Of a DNA stretch of 32,000 nt, positions 8,418 through 17,268 are shown one piece after another; within the stretch, counting starts at the first letter, position 1; every line of letters starts with the position of its first letter. Origin of the DNA: Candidatus Thorarchaeota archaeon. GTDB taxonomy: Archaea > Asgardarchaeota > Heimdallarchaeia > Hodarchaeales > Hodarchaeaceae. Under the pieces are notes generated by a model. The model did not search any database. It was given only the letters and a program-made list of their open reading frames with translations, and had not been told where the DNA came from. The DNA is taken from assembly GCA_048882505.1 (NCBI GenBank), contig JBHLRO010000001.1, forward strand, positions 90,001-122,000. The letters are read 5' to 3'. The position numbers were made by a program, and so were the translations under genes.

Positions 8418-9278
8418 ATGGATCTTGAATTTCATGGAGTTTCAGCTGAAAGCATAGAGAATATATGTCAAGCACAGGGATTGAAAGGCCAAGTGTTCCC
8501 CCTCACCAGCCGTGACGTTATTTGCCCAAAAGAAGAAGGCGTCATGTTGGATGATGGCGATATGTACTATATCATGGAGGAAACGTGCTGGCACGGGTAT
8601 TATATATGTGGAAATATAAGGTGTGGACATGCTTCTGGTCGTTTACCTTCCCCTTCAGGTACTTCCACCTTGGGACGTCTCAAACCGCGTGGAGAGGTAT
8701 CTAGGAAAAGGTCAGCGCGAGAATGTCGTAATGTAGACTGTGGGGGAACCGATTGCTCTGGAACCGATTGTTCTGGTTCAAATGACTCAGCGGGGGCACT
8801 GATTATCTTTTTCCTAATCGTGGCAGTATTTCTCCTCCTCATTTATTTGTCTCCCATATTAGGCCCAGTGGTCGCACTCGGGATCGAACTAGGTTTAGCG
8901 GTATTATTAGGGATTTTTGACCTATTAACATTTGGAATTTTCAGGAATCGTTTCAGAAGGGCATTGGTGTATTTTCCTCGAGAAAATGTTCCGTCGCCTT
9001 CTCAGATCAACCATCTAGTATCGGAGATCGCTCATCAAGGTGGTCTAGCTCACCGATTTCGTCCTGGTTATGGATCTAGCGGCTTCGGAATGATCAGAAT
9101 TGGTGCTTATCTATTTATTCCGTCTTTATTTGCCACGATTCTAGTCTTATGGTTACAACCTGCGAATGGATTTCTCTTCCGTGTTCCTATTACGGCTTTT
9201 ATTGTTTCAATCCTATTAGTATGGTTTGGAAATTTCCTAGTTCTTCGAAGGGCTCGTATTGTGGCAAGTAGCGGATAA
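8418..9278 (+). CDS. Hypothetical membrane protein with a Cys-rich N-terminal region
   Basis: 286 aa ORF with GGAG upstream of the ATG; Cys clusters (CPK, CWHGYYICGNIRCGH, CRNVDCGGTDCSGTDCSG) then about four TM helices. Confidence 0.7.
   Translation: MDLEFHGVSAESIENICQAQGLKGQVFPLTSRDVICPKEEGVMLDDGDMYYIMEETCWHGYYICGNIRCGHASGRLPSPSGTSTLGRLKPRGEVSRKRSARECRNVDCGGTDCSGTDCSGSNDSAGALIIFFLIVAVFLLLIYLSPILGPVVALGIELGLAVLLGIFDLLTFGIFRNRFRRALVYFPRENVPSPSQINHLVSEIAHQGGLAHRFRPGYGSSGFGMIRIGAYLFIPSLFATILVLWLQPANGFLFRVPITAFIVSILLVWFGNFLVLRRARIVASSG
8745..8774 (+). repeat. 15-bp in-frame tandem repeat, two copies (encodes GTDCS twice)
   Basis: GGAACCGATTGCTCT followed by GGAACCGATTGTTCT; one synonymous mismatch. 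Confidence 0.8.
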
Positions 9279-9312
9279 TTACCAAAAAATAATAGGGCAC
9301 GGAGGTTTTTAT

Positions 9313-9954
9313 CTAAAACGACGCACGATGTTCAATCCGACTTAAGAATAGTCTTGTTAAGAGAAAACTAATCCAAGTAGGAAGTAGCAGCACTAGTGCA
9401 AGTGCGGATCCAAAGAGTTGATCGGATCCGAGTACTAAGAAACTTAATCCTAGGAATAGGGCACCGTGTTGAATTAAGCGAACATAGCCCGTTAGGAAGA
9501 GAAGATAACGACTATAGGATAAAATGAGAAGTAATACTCCGAATAAAATCAGTGGAAAAGTCCCAAATGAGCTGAACAATAAAGGGGTTATAAGATAGGA
9601 TAAGAAGATAAGTTCAGCCGCTAAGAGGCCCAAAAAGCTGCCAAAACAACCAACGCAAACGAAAACTCCCCGAATGAGAACCTCATGATCCCGACGTAAA
9701 GAAGGAGAGTGATGACTCAATTCGATCCAAATTCTTGGTCTCGACCCTCTCCAAACCAAACGTAAATGCAATAGATCGGGGATCAGCATTAATCCAGAAA
9801 AAATGATCAGGCTGAGGACGAATGCTCGTGTTGACCATTCTTGGTCTAGTCCACCTGGGTCGGTCGGAACGAGAACAGCAATTACTATAACAGAGATTAG
9901 AAAGAAGAGAAATGGAATGGTGATAAGAAGTAATTTTGACTGCCCAGAGCGCAT
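9313..9954 (-). CDS. Hypothetical polytopic membrane protein, DUF2085-like CxxCxG motif
   Basis: About six hydrophobic helices; LSHH...H...VCVGCFGSFLG resembles the DUF2085-type motif as I recall it (not verified). Confidence 0.65.
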   Translation of the reverse strand: MRSGQSKLLLITIPFLFFLISVIVIAVLVPTDPGGLDQEWSTRAFVLSLIIFSGLMLIPDLLHLRLVWRGSRPRIWIELSHHSPSLRRDHEVLIRGVFVCVGCFGSFLGLLAAELIFLSYLITPLLFSSFGTFPLILFGVLLLILSYSRYLLFLTGYVRLIQHGALFLGLSFLVLGSDQLFGSALALVLLLPTWISFLLTRLFLSRIEHRASF

Positions 9955-10090
9955 GGAACTCCCTAGGTTAAAACTTAGACATAAGTCAAGCAGGCGTGAT
10001 TCATTTCGCTATCCCTAAGGACATAACAACTTTCATAAGAACATTCCATCGAAAAATAAAGAAAGATAAAGGGAGAGAGTGACTCCTCAT

Positions 10091-12790
10091 TCACACACTA
10101 CTTGCAACCAGGTATTGCATGATACCTCCGTGTCTAAAATAGTCTATTTCCACCTCAGAATCGATCCGTGCTGTCACATTAAATTCAATAGTCTTTCCTG
10201 GTTTTTGTGCAATCACTTTGAGTTTCTTTTTCGGCGTGAGTCCTTCACTCAATCCAATGATGTCGTATTGCTCCGTGCCATCTAAGTTCAATTCCTGCCA
10301 ACCTTGACCAGATTCAAATTCAAGTGGGAGTACTCCCATCCCAACCAAATTCGATCGATGAATCCTTTCAAAGTCCTTTGCAATAACTGCTTTAATACCA
10401 AGCAGCGCAGGCCCTTTTCCAGCCCAGTCTCGGGAGCTACCAACCCCGTAAAGACTGGACCCGAGTACGATCAGGGGAATGTCTTCTTTTTGGTATTTTT
10501 GAGAAGCCTCATACACGCTCGTAATCTGATTTGTTGGATGATGGACGGTCCACCAACCCTCTTTTCCAGGGGTGAGCTGATTTCGAACTCGGATATTGGC
10601 AAAGGTTCCGCGTACCATTATCTCATGATTACCTCGACGAGCTCCGTAGGTGTTCCAGTCACGGACGGGGATTTCTTGATCAGTCAAGTATTTACCTGCG
10701 GGGCTTGCCTGGGCTATTGCTCCAGCAGGGGAAATATGATCAGTTGAAACTTTATCTCCCATCAGCATAAGAATCCGTCCTCCATGAATATCTTTGAATT
10801 CTCGTGGTTCTTTTGAGAAATACCTTGGTTCAAAGTAAGGAGGTTTCTTTACGTATGTGGATTCGGGATCCCAATCAAATAACGTGGTCGTTGGAGCTTT
10901 GAGATCTTGCCAATTGGGATCACCCTGTGTTATCGTTTCATATTGCTCTTTAAAAATTTCAGGTGTGACGCCCTTGGCGACTTCCTCAAGGATTTCTGTA
11001 TTAGAAGGCCAGATGTCTTTCAAATATACTGAATTACCATCTGATGACTTACCTAGAGGTTCGTGGGTCAAATCTATGTCCATCGTCCCAGCTAGCGCGT
11101 ACGCAACAACCAACATCGGAGAAGCAAGAAAATTTCCTCGGGTAAGTTGATGAACCCGTCCAGAATAATTTCGATTTCCAGATAACACGGTAGTCACGTA
11201 TAAGTCGTCTTTGAGGATCGCTTGCTCAATATTTGGAAGCAAGGGGCCGCTGTTTCCTATACAGGTAGTGCATCCGTACCCAACAAGGTGAAAACCAAGA
11301 GTCGCTAGAGACTCAGTCAAGCCAAGGCGATCAAGATATTGAGTAACTACTTTGGATCCGGGAGCCAAACTAGTTTTAATCCACGGGGGTACTTTTAAAC
11401 CCAGTTCAACAGCCTTTTTGGCCACAAGACCCGCGCCCACCAAAACAGACGGATTAGATGTGTTCGTACAGCTTGTAATGGATGCGATGACTAGGTTACC
11501 TTCGGTAAAGGGTACCATTCTACCGTCCAGATCTAAGTCTACTGTTATCCTTTTTCGATTTTTGCTCTCAAAGTGTTCATCCATAAAACCACGGAGGTTC
11601 TCTTTAACATTCCCAAGGATTATCTTCTCCTCTGGATTCAATGGTCCCGCAATGGTTGGATGGATAGCTGATAGGTCAATTTCTATCACATCACTGAATA
11701 TGGGGTCAGGAGACTCCGATGTACGGAATAATCGTTGTTCGCGAGCATATCTTTCGACAAATTTTGATTCGCGGCATGTCAAATTAAGATAAGAAATGGT
11801 TTGATCATCAATTGGGAACAATCCAATTGTAATTCCCATTTCGGGGCTCATATTAGAAACGGTCGCCCTATCGGGTACGGTAAGGGTGGAAACGCCAGGC
11901 CCAAAATATTCCACGAACTTGCCAACCAAGCCGCGTTTTCTGAGATCCGCAGTTATTGTTAAGACCAGGTCGGTGGCCGTCGTACCTTCTGGAAGTTTTC
12001 CTGTTAATTTTACACCTATAACCTCAGGTAGGGGCATGTAATAAGGTTGTCCAAGCATTACAGCCTCAGCTTCGATGCCGCCGACTCCCCATCCAATTAC
12101 ACCTACTCCATTGACCATTGGAGTATGTGAATCGGTTCCCACGCAGGTGTCAATGACCGCGGTGGATTCTCCTTTTAATTTTCTTAAATCGACAACGGAA
12201 GCAAGGTATTCTAGGTTTACCTGATGGACTATCCCGCTTCCAGTCGGGATTATTCTGGTGTTTTCAAAGCTGGCTTGAGCCCATTTGATTAGCTTGTAGC
12301 GTTCCGTATTCCTCTCATATTCTCTTTCTAAATTCAAAGCAAACGCATCGGGCCGCTGTGCATAATCAATCTGGATACTGTGATCAATCACTAAATCCGT
12401 TGGGATCAAAGGATTGATTTTAGAAGCGTCCCCTCCCAAATCAGAAACTGCTTCTCTAATCGCGGCCATATCGACAATTAGTGGTACGCCCGTTAGATCT
12501 TGAAGGAGAACTCGTGCAGGCATGTATGGGATTGTTGTTCCAATAGCATCAGGCCAACCAGCAATTGACGTGATGTCTTCCATGGTCACCAAGCGACCAT
12601 CGAAGTTGCGTAATGCATTTTCCAGTAGAATCCGAATAGAGAAAGGGATCTTGTCTAAATCATTTAATGTCATCCCCACCTGCTCTGCGAAAGCGGGAAG
12701 GCTATAAATGACGCATTCTCCTTTCCCCAAATCGACCTTTTTCTTCAATTTAGTTATTATTTCTTCCGTAATAGGCTTCATAAAGGACAT
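10091..12790 (-). CDS. acnA: Aconitate hydratase AcnA (IRP1-type)
   Basis: PFSIRILLEN, RVLLQDLTGVP, DLVIDHS, GIVHQVNLE, GTDSHT, ITSCTNTSNP and GYGCTTCIGNSG ([4Fe-4S] Cys ligands), DHISPAG, GSSRDWA, FERIHRSNL, YFRHGGI. The start is more likely ATG 12790 or 12781 (GGAGA upstream) than 12859. Confidence 0.98.
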   Translation of the reverse strand: MSFMKPITEEIITKLKKKVDLGKGECVIYSLPAFAEQVGMTLNDLDKIPFSIRILLENALRNFDGRLVTMEDITSIAGWPDAIGTTIPYMPARVLLQDLTGVPLIVDMAAIREAVSDLGGDASKINPLIPTDLVIDHSIQIDYAQRPDAFALNLEREYERNTERYKLIKWAQASFENTRIIPTGSGIVHQVNLEYLASVVDLRKLKGESTAVIDTCVGTDSHTPMVNGVGVIGWGVGGIEAEAVMLGQPYYMPLPEVIGVKLTGKLPEGTTATDLVLTITADLRKRGLVGKFVEYFGPGVSTLTVPDRATVSNMSPEMGITIGLFPIDDQTISYLNLTCRESKFVERYAREQRLFRTSESPDPIFSDVIEIDLSAIHPTIAGPLNPEEKIILGNVKENLRGFMDEHFESKNRKRITVDLDLDGRMVPFTEGNLVIASITSCTNTSNPSVLVGAGLVAKKAVELGLKVPPWIKTSLAPGSKVVTQYLDRLGLTESLATLGFHLVGYGCTTCIGNSGPLLPNIEQAILKDDLYVTTVLSGNRNYSGRVHQLTRGNFLASPMLVVAYALAGTMDIDLTHEPLGKSSDGNSVYLKDIWPSNTEILEEVAKGVTPEIFKEQYETITQGDPNWQDLKAPTTTLFDWDPESTYVKKPPYFEPRYFSKEPREFKDIHGGRILMLMGDKVSTDHISPAGAIAQASPAGKYLTDQEIPVRDWNTYGARRGNHEIMVRGTFANIRVRNQLTPGKEGWWTVHHPTNQITSVYEASQKYQKEDIPLIVLGSSLYGVGSSRDWAGKGPALLGIKAVIAKDFERIHRSNLVGMGVLPLEFESGQGWQELNLDGTEQYDIIGLSEGLTPKKKLKVIAQKPGKTIEFNVTARIDSEVEIDYFRHGGIMQYLVASSV

Positions 12791-12965
12791 TCTCCAAGAG
12801 GATATTTGTGGAGATAAGAATGGCTTTGTAGAGATTCTGTCTTCAAAAAAAAGTAACATGCGAAAGATGTGGCGGGGCCATTTTAAGGTTTCGGGTCACC
12901 CTCAACATTGTTTTTGGTTTTTCCACTGCTTTTTCCGTGATATTGAGGGTGGGCACTTCAAGAAA

Positions 12966-13748
12966 CTATTGGGATTTCTTTTGTAATGTTCTTTTGGCCT
13001 CCCGGAGATGTTCTTGAAGTTCTGTCTCATTATATGTTATAGTAGGAGAGGCTAAAAGTTGTAAAACGCCTGTGGTTCTATACCCATTGTTTCGAAGTGT
13101 TGATATTAGTTCCCTTTCAATTGTAGGAACCAAAAAAGTATAGTGAATGATCTTATCCATAGCCAAGACATATCTCGACCATACTTTCGACTCTTTATCT
13201 ATACGATGAACAAGACGCTTACGTAATCGCTGCCAATGCGCTTCAATCTCAGAAAGGGATCTTTCAATCAGTGCAATGATTTCCTCGGGCTCAGAATATA
13301 TCGTTCTAAATGAAGCGATCACTACCATTGGATAAAAGGGTGTATGATGCTGCTCCCCCTTATTATTTACATCATCATAGAAATAATAGTCTCTAATTGT
13401 ACTTTCCCCCCATCGAAACGGGATTAATATGAAATATCCCCGCATTATCGCGATAATCTCTTCTGTATCAGGATTCTCCGCCCATAATGAGAAAAGTCTG
13501 GCGGTTCGGGCATCTAAATCAGGAATGTCAGTTTTTAGATGAGAATGGAGATTTGTAAAATCAATATTGATTGGTCCCAGTTCCTCCATAAGCGTAGTCG
13601 AGTAGATCACGTTTCCCTCCTTTCCATACAATCTATCAATAACTGCTTTCATCTCAAAACTAAGCAATCGTTCTCTATCGATTGAGGATGAGAGGCCATC
13701 GTGGAAACGAAGCTGTTGGATCTTCTTCATTAGATGATCAATCCTCAA
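12966..13748 (-). CDS. Hypothetical protein, paralog of 22481..23269
   Basis: 260 aa ORF that aligns by eye over nearly its full length with 22481..23269, which supports both as real genes. An alternative start is ATG 13730. Confidence 0.85.
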   Translation of the reverse strand: MRIDHLMKKIQQLRFHDGLSSSIDRERLLSFEMKAVIDRLYGKEGNVIYSTTLMEELGPINIDFTNLHSHLKTDIPDLDARTARLFSLWAENPDTEEIIAIMRGYFILIPFRWGESTIRDYYFYDDVNNKGEQHHTPFYPMVVIASFRTIYSEPEEIIALIERSLSEIEAHWQRLRKRLVHRIDKESKVWSRYVLAMDKIIHYTFLVPTIERELISTLRNNGYRTTGVLQLLASPTITYNETELQEHLREAKRTLQKKSQ

Positions 13749-13913
13749 TCAAGGGAGATGAAAACCTATTAAATTCGGGAGACAAATTTGGACTCTAAGA
13801 ATTCTCTTATTCTTCGTAAACGGGGCAATTTTACCGGGATTGACACTGTGCTCTCTGGTGGTTCACGTCGCATCATTTCCTTTTAAAAGTATCATTCGAG
13901 GGCACCAGATAGA

Positions 13914-14213
13914 GTGGTGACAGAACTTTTGGTTGTGACGGTAACTTTTTATGGGCCATTACAAAGATGGGCGGGAAAAACAGAATTCTATGCCAATGGC
14001 AATACTATTCGACAAGTATTTGACGCTCTAGAAACGCAGCTTGGAAAGTCTCTGGTAAATCATCTTATCAACGCTAAAACTGGACAGATTAAAAGTCACT
14101 TCCATGTTCTTTTGAACGGAAAGGACATTGAACTCATGGATGGATTTGAACAACGGGTTTCTGATGGAGATAACATCGTTTGTGTTCCCCCTGTAGGGGG
14201 TGGGAGTCGTTGA
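13914..14213 (+). CDS. moaD: MoaD/ThiS family sulfur carrier (ubiquitin-like fold)
   Basis: VTVTFYGPL...HVLLNGKDIELMDG....VSDGDNIVCVPPVGGG; lies directly upstream of an AOR-family gene. Confidence 0.88.
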   Translation: MVTELLVVTVTFYGPLQRWAGKTEFYANGNTIRQVFDALETQLGKSLVNHLINAKTGQIKSHFHVLLNGKDIELMDGFEQRVSDGDNIVCVPPVGGGSR

Positions 14214-14227
14214 TACACCAAAATGTC

Positions 14228-14235
14228 TTTTTTTT
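14228..14235 (+). terminator. Oligo-T tract after moaD, possible terminator
   Basis: Eight T residues starting 15 nt after the moaD stop codon. Confidence 0.35.
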
Positions 14236-14347
14236 AAATTGAAAGAGGGTTAGCCGAATATTTTCATGCTAGGAATGACATTCTTAAGTGGACCTTAATC
14301 CTTCGGAGTTTGGAGTAAAGATCCCGTTTCTAATGAGATGATTCATT

Positions 14348-16543
14348 ATGATTTCTAAAGTGCTCGCAGAATTAGAATACGAAATTAAACCCATTCAGAA
14401 TGGGTATGCTGGCCGAACTCTCCATATAAATCTTTCAACAAACGATATAAGAATAAACCCCATCACACACGAAATGCGAGAAAAGTTCATTGGAGGAAAG
14501 GGGTTTGATTTGTTTCTTATGTGGCATTCCCTTCCCAAGAATCGGATCGTTAAATGGGATGATCCCGAAAACGAAATCTGTATCGCATCGGGTCCATTAG
14601 GAGGTACGACAACGTATCCTGGCTCAGGAAAATCTATAGTTACCACGATCAGCCCACTAACGGGAATTATCATTGATAGCAATGTTGGTGGATATTATGG
14701 CCCATATCTTAAGTTTAGCGGGTTCGATGCAATCGAGATCCAAGGTAAAGCCCCAGAAGGGGTCATAATCTTTGTTGATGGTGACAAGGGAGTTGTTCGA
14801 ATAGAAGAGGCCGACCCAAATCTTCCAGAAATGTCTCATCAGTTAACCCAACAGTTAACAGAGCACTATTCCATTGATCCATCGAGTAGAGAAAAATTTC
14901 GTGTCTCTGTTGTTTCTACAGGGATCGCATCCAAATATACCAGGTGGGGTTGTTTGAATTTTTCGTGGTATGACAAAAAACGGGATTGGGCTTCATATAA
15001 ACAAGCTGGCCGTGGTGGCATTGGTACGGTTTTCTATGACAAGAAGATCACCGCATTAGTCTGTCGTTCACCTCGTGTTCATTCTAAGATCAATAATCCC
15101 GCTAATTATGATAAGGTGATAAAGATTGGGAGAACGCACAATCGTGAAATTATGGAGAATGATCCAAAGCAAAACGAGATGCGAGTCGTGGGTACAGGCC
15201 ATCTCCCAGAAATCATGAATGACTTCGACCTATTACCGACCAATAACTTCCAATTAGGGGCTCATCCAAAACTTCGGGGCGAGAACTTCCCGTTCACCCG
15301 TGAAGTATGGCGGAATATTTATACAGACCCAGGAAAAGGTAGTGACGGTTGCTGGATCGGTTGTACGGTAGCCTGTTCTCATGTTGTGTTAGATAAGCAT
15401 GTTGTTATGACAGGTCCATTTAAAGGGCAGACCGTTACTGTTGATGGTCCCGAGTATGAGACAATAGCAGGCTGTGGATCGAACTGGGGAGTTTGGGATC
15501 CAAAGTGGGTTCTGGAGGCAAATTTTTATTGCGATACGTATGGTATTGACACGATATCAGTTGGTACTGGTATTGGATTCGTAATGGAATGTTACGAACA
15601 AGGTATTATCTCTAGGGAAATTACTGGTGGGCTTGAACTCAATTTCGGGAATGCAGGAGCAGCGATGGAATTAATTCATCAAATGGCACGTGGTGAGGGA
15701 TTTGGAGCCATTGTAGGTCAAGGAATCGCTCAAATGAAAAACTACTTCGTAAACCAATTTGGTGCGGACCCTCAATTCCTATCTGATATTGGAATGGAAC
15801 ATAAAGGCCTGGAATATTCCGAATATGTCACCAAGGAATCCCTCGCGCAACAAGGAGGTTATGGTCTTACCCTGAAGGGTCCTCAACATGATGAAGCATG
15901 GCTTATCTTTGAGGATATGGTACGAAACAATTTGCCTACATTTGAAGATAAAGCAGAGGCTCTAGCCTGGTTTCCGTACTTTAGGACATGGTTTGGCTTG
16001 AATGGGCTTTGTAAACTGCCATGGAATGATATTGTGCCGCCCGATAATAATGAAAATCCACAGAAACCGTTAACACTCCCAGATGCGAGGGCAAAGATCC
16101 CTAAACATGTAAATTGGTATACCGAGTTTTTCAATAGTACGATAGGTACCAACTACTCCCAAGGCGACATAATTACAATGAGCGAACGAGTTTATAACTT
16201 CCAGCGAATATTTAACATCCGTCAGGGAAAAGGTCTACGAGAACACGATTCTCGGACACCCTACCGTTCGATGGGTCCTGTGACGGCGAATGAATACGAA
16301 AGCCGGGCCAAAAGGTATGATCAACAACTCAGTAACGAGATTGGTGTCGATCCTGATGGGAGAACCACCGAGGAAAAAATGAAAATCCTCCGGGAATATC
16401 GTGAAGAACGATATCGAAAGTTACAAGATGCTGTTTATAGTAGACGTGGATGGAGTGCAAAAGGAGCCCCTACAATTGAAAAAGTGAAAGAACTGGGAAT
16501 TGCGTACGAGGATATCCTCCTTACAATTTCTCCTCACCAGTAG
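14348..16543 (+). CDS. aor: Aldehyde:ferredoxin oxidoreductase family (tungstopterin) enzyme
   Basis: GYAGRTLHINLS, ASGPLGG, SPLTG..DSNVGG..G..LK.SG.DAI, QAGRGGIG.V, GPEYET, CDTYGIDTIS, and the Cys cluster CWIGCTVAC plus GLCKLP. Confidence 0.95.
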   Translation: MISKVLAELEYEIKPIQNGYAGRTLHINLSTNDIRINPITHEMREKFIGGKGFDLFLMWHSLPKNRIVKWDDPENEICIASGPLGGTTTYPGSGKSIVTTISPLTGIIIDSNVGGYYGPYLKFSGFDAIEIQGKAPEGVIIFVDGDKGVVRIEEADPNLPEMSHQLTQQLTEHYSIDPSSREKFRVSVVSTGIASKYTRWGCLNFSWYDKKRDWASYKQAGRGGIGTVFYDKKITALVCRSPRVHSKINNPANYDKVIKIGRTHNREIMENDPKQNEMRVVGTGHLPEIMNDFDLLPTNNFQLGAHPKLRGENFPFTREVWRNIYTDPGKGSDGCWIGCTVACSHVVLDKHVVMTGPFKGQTVTVDGPEYETIAGCGSNWGVWDPKWVLEANFYCDTYGIDTISVGTGIGFVMECYEQGIISREITGGLELNFGNAGAAMELIHQMARGEGFGAIVGQGIAQMKNYFVNQFGADPQFLSDIGMEHKGLEYSEYVTKESLAQQGGYGLTLKGPQHDEAWLIFEDMVRNNLPTFEDKAEALAWFPYFRTWFGLNGLCKLPWNDIVPPDNNENPQKPLTLPDARAKIPKHVNWYTEFFNSTIGTNYSQGDIITMSERVYNFQRIFNIRQGKGLREHDSRTPYRSMGPVTANEYESRAKRYDQQLSNEIGVDPDGRTTEEKMKILREYREERYRKLQDAVYSRRGWSAKGAPTIEKVKELGIAYEDILLTISPHQ

Positions 16544-16639
16544 TGAATCCTAAGTCCGGTCGTGGCCCGATTTTCAGAATAAACTCCTCCACCACAACTG
16601 AATACTAGAGAATATTAGTCGTTAAACATCTTATTGCGA

Positions 16640-17125
16640 TTAAACTGAATCTAGCTTTTTTTGAGCACGGATCCGCCCCTCACCAATGATGGCCAAAAAC
16701 TCATCTTCTATCTTTCCCTTCCTTATGGTTGTCTTGTAAAAGTTCTGCCAATCCGCTACCAATTCCTCCTGTATATCATCGTCTGTGTCTCCGATATTGG
16801 TTATTCTTTCCCACTCTTCTAAATCTATTGCATAACGGGTCAGAAGTTTCGGCAAAATGCCTCGTAACCAAATCTCCAACCCTATTCCGGGATCAACAAT
16901 TGATACCATGACAAGTCTAAAATAATGACTTAATTGGAAATAGATTTGTTTTTCTGTGGGCAAAAGATGTTTTCTTTTTAATGGTGATACGGGAATTTGA
17001 CAGGTAGATCGAAGATTAGTTCCATAGGTGCGTTTGTAACGCTCAATCGTTTTTAAGAATTCATTTTCGTCGAGCCATTTGATCTCCTCTAGCAAAGAGT
17101 CAACTGCCTTTTTATCGAGGGGCAT
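16640..17125 (-). CDS. Hypothetical protein
   Basis: 161 aa ORF with an ATG start, filling the gap between aor and the GGGPS-like gene; no motif recognised. Confidence 0.65.
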   Translation of the reverse strand: MPLDKKAVDSLLEEIKWLDENEFLKTIERYKRTYGTNLRSTCQIPVSPLKRKHLLPTEKQIYFQLSHYFRLVMVSIVDPGIGLEIWLRGILPKLLTRYAIDLEEWERITNIGDTDDDIQEELVADWQNFYKTTIRKGKIEDEFLAIIGEGRIRAQKKLDSV

Positions 17126-17268
17126 TTACGTATCAAGGCGAAGTTCTATTACCTCATTCAAATAGCTTTGTTTGCCCTGTGGACTCAGTGAAGATTTAAG
17201 ACTACTCAGGTTTTCCCCGAAAGTCTCTGAACCTAAGGAAATTGCCTCAAACCAACAAAGATAATTTT

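Noticed and set aside
10079-12986. Several 60-147 aa ORFs on both strands within or beside acnA
   Set aside because: Antisense or alternative-frame shadows of a highly conserved gene.
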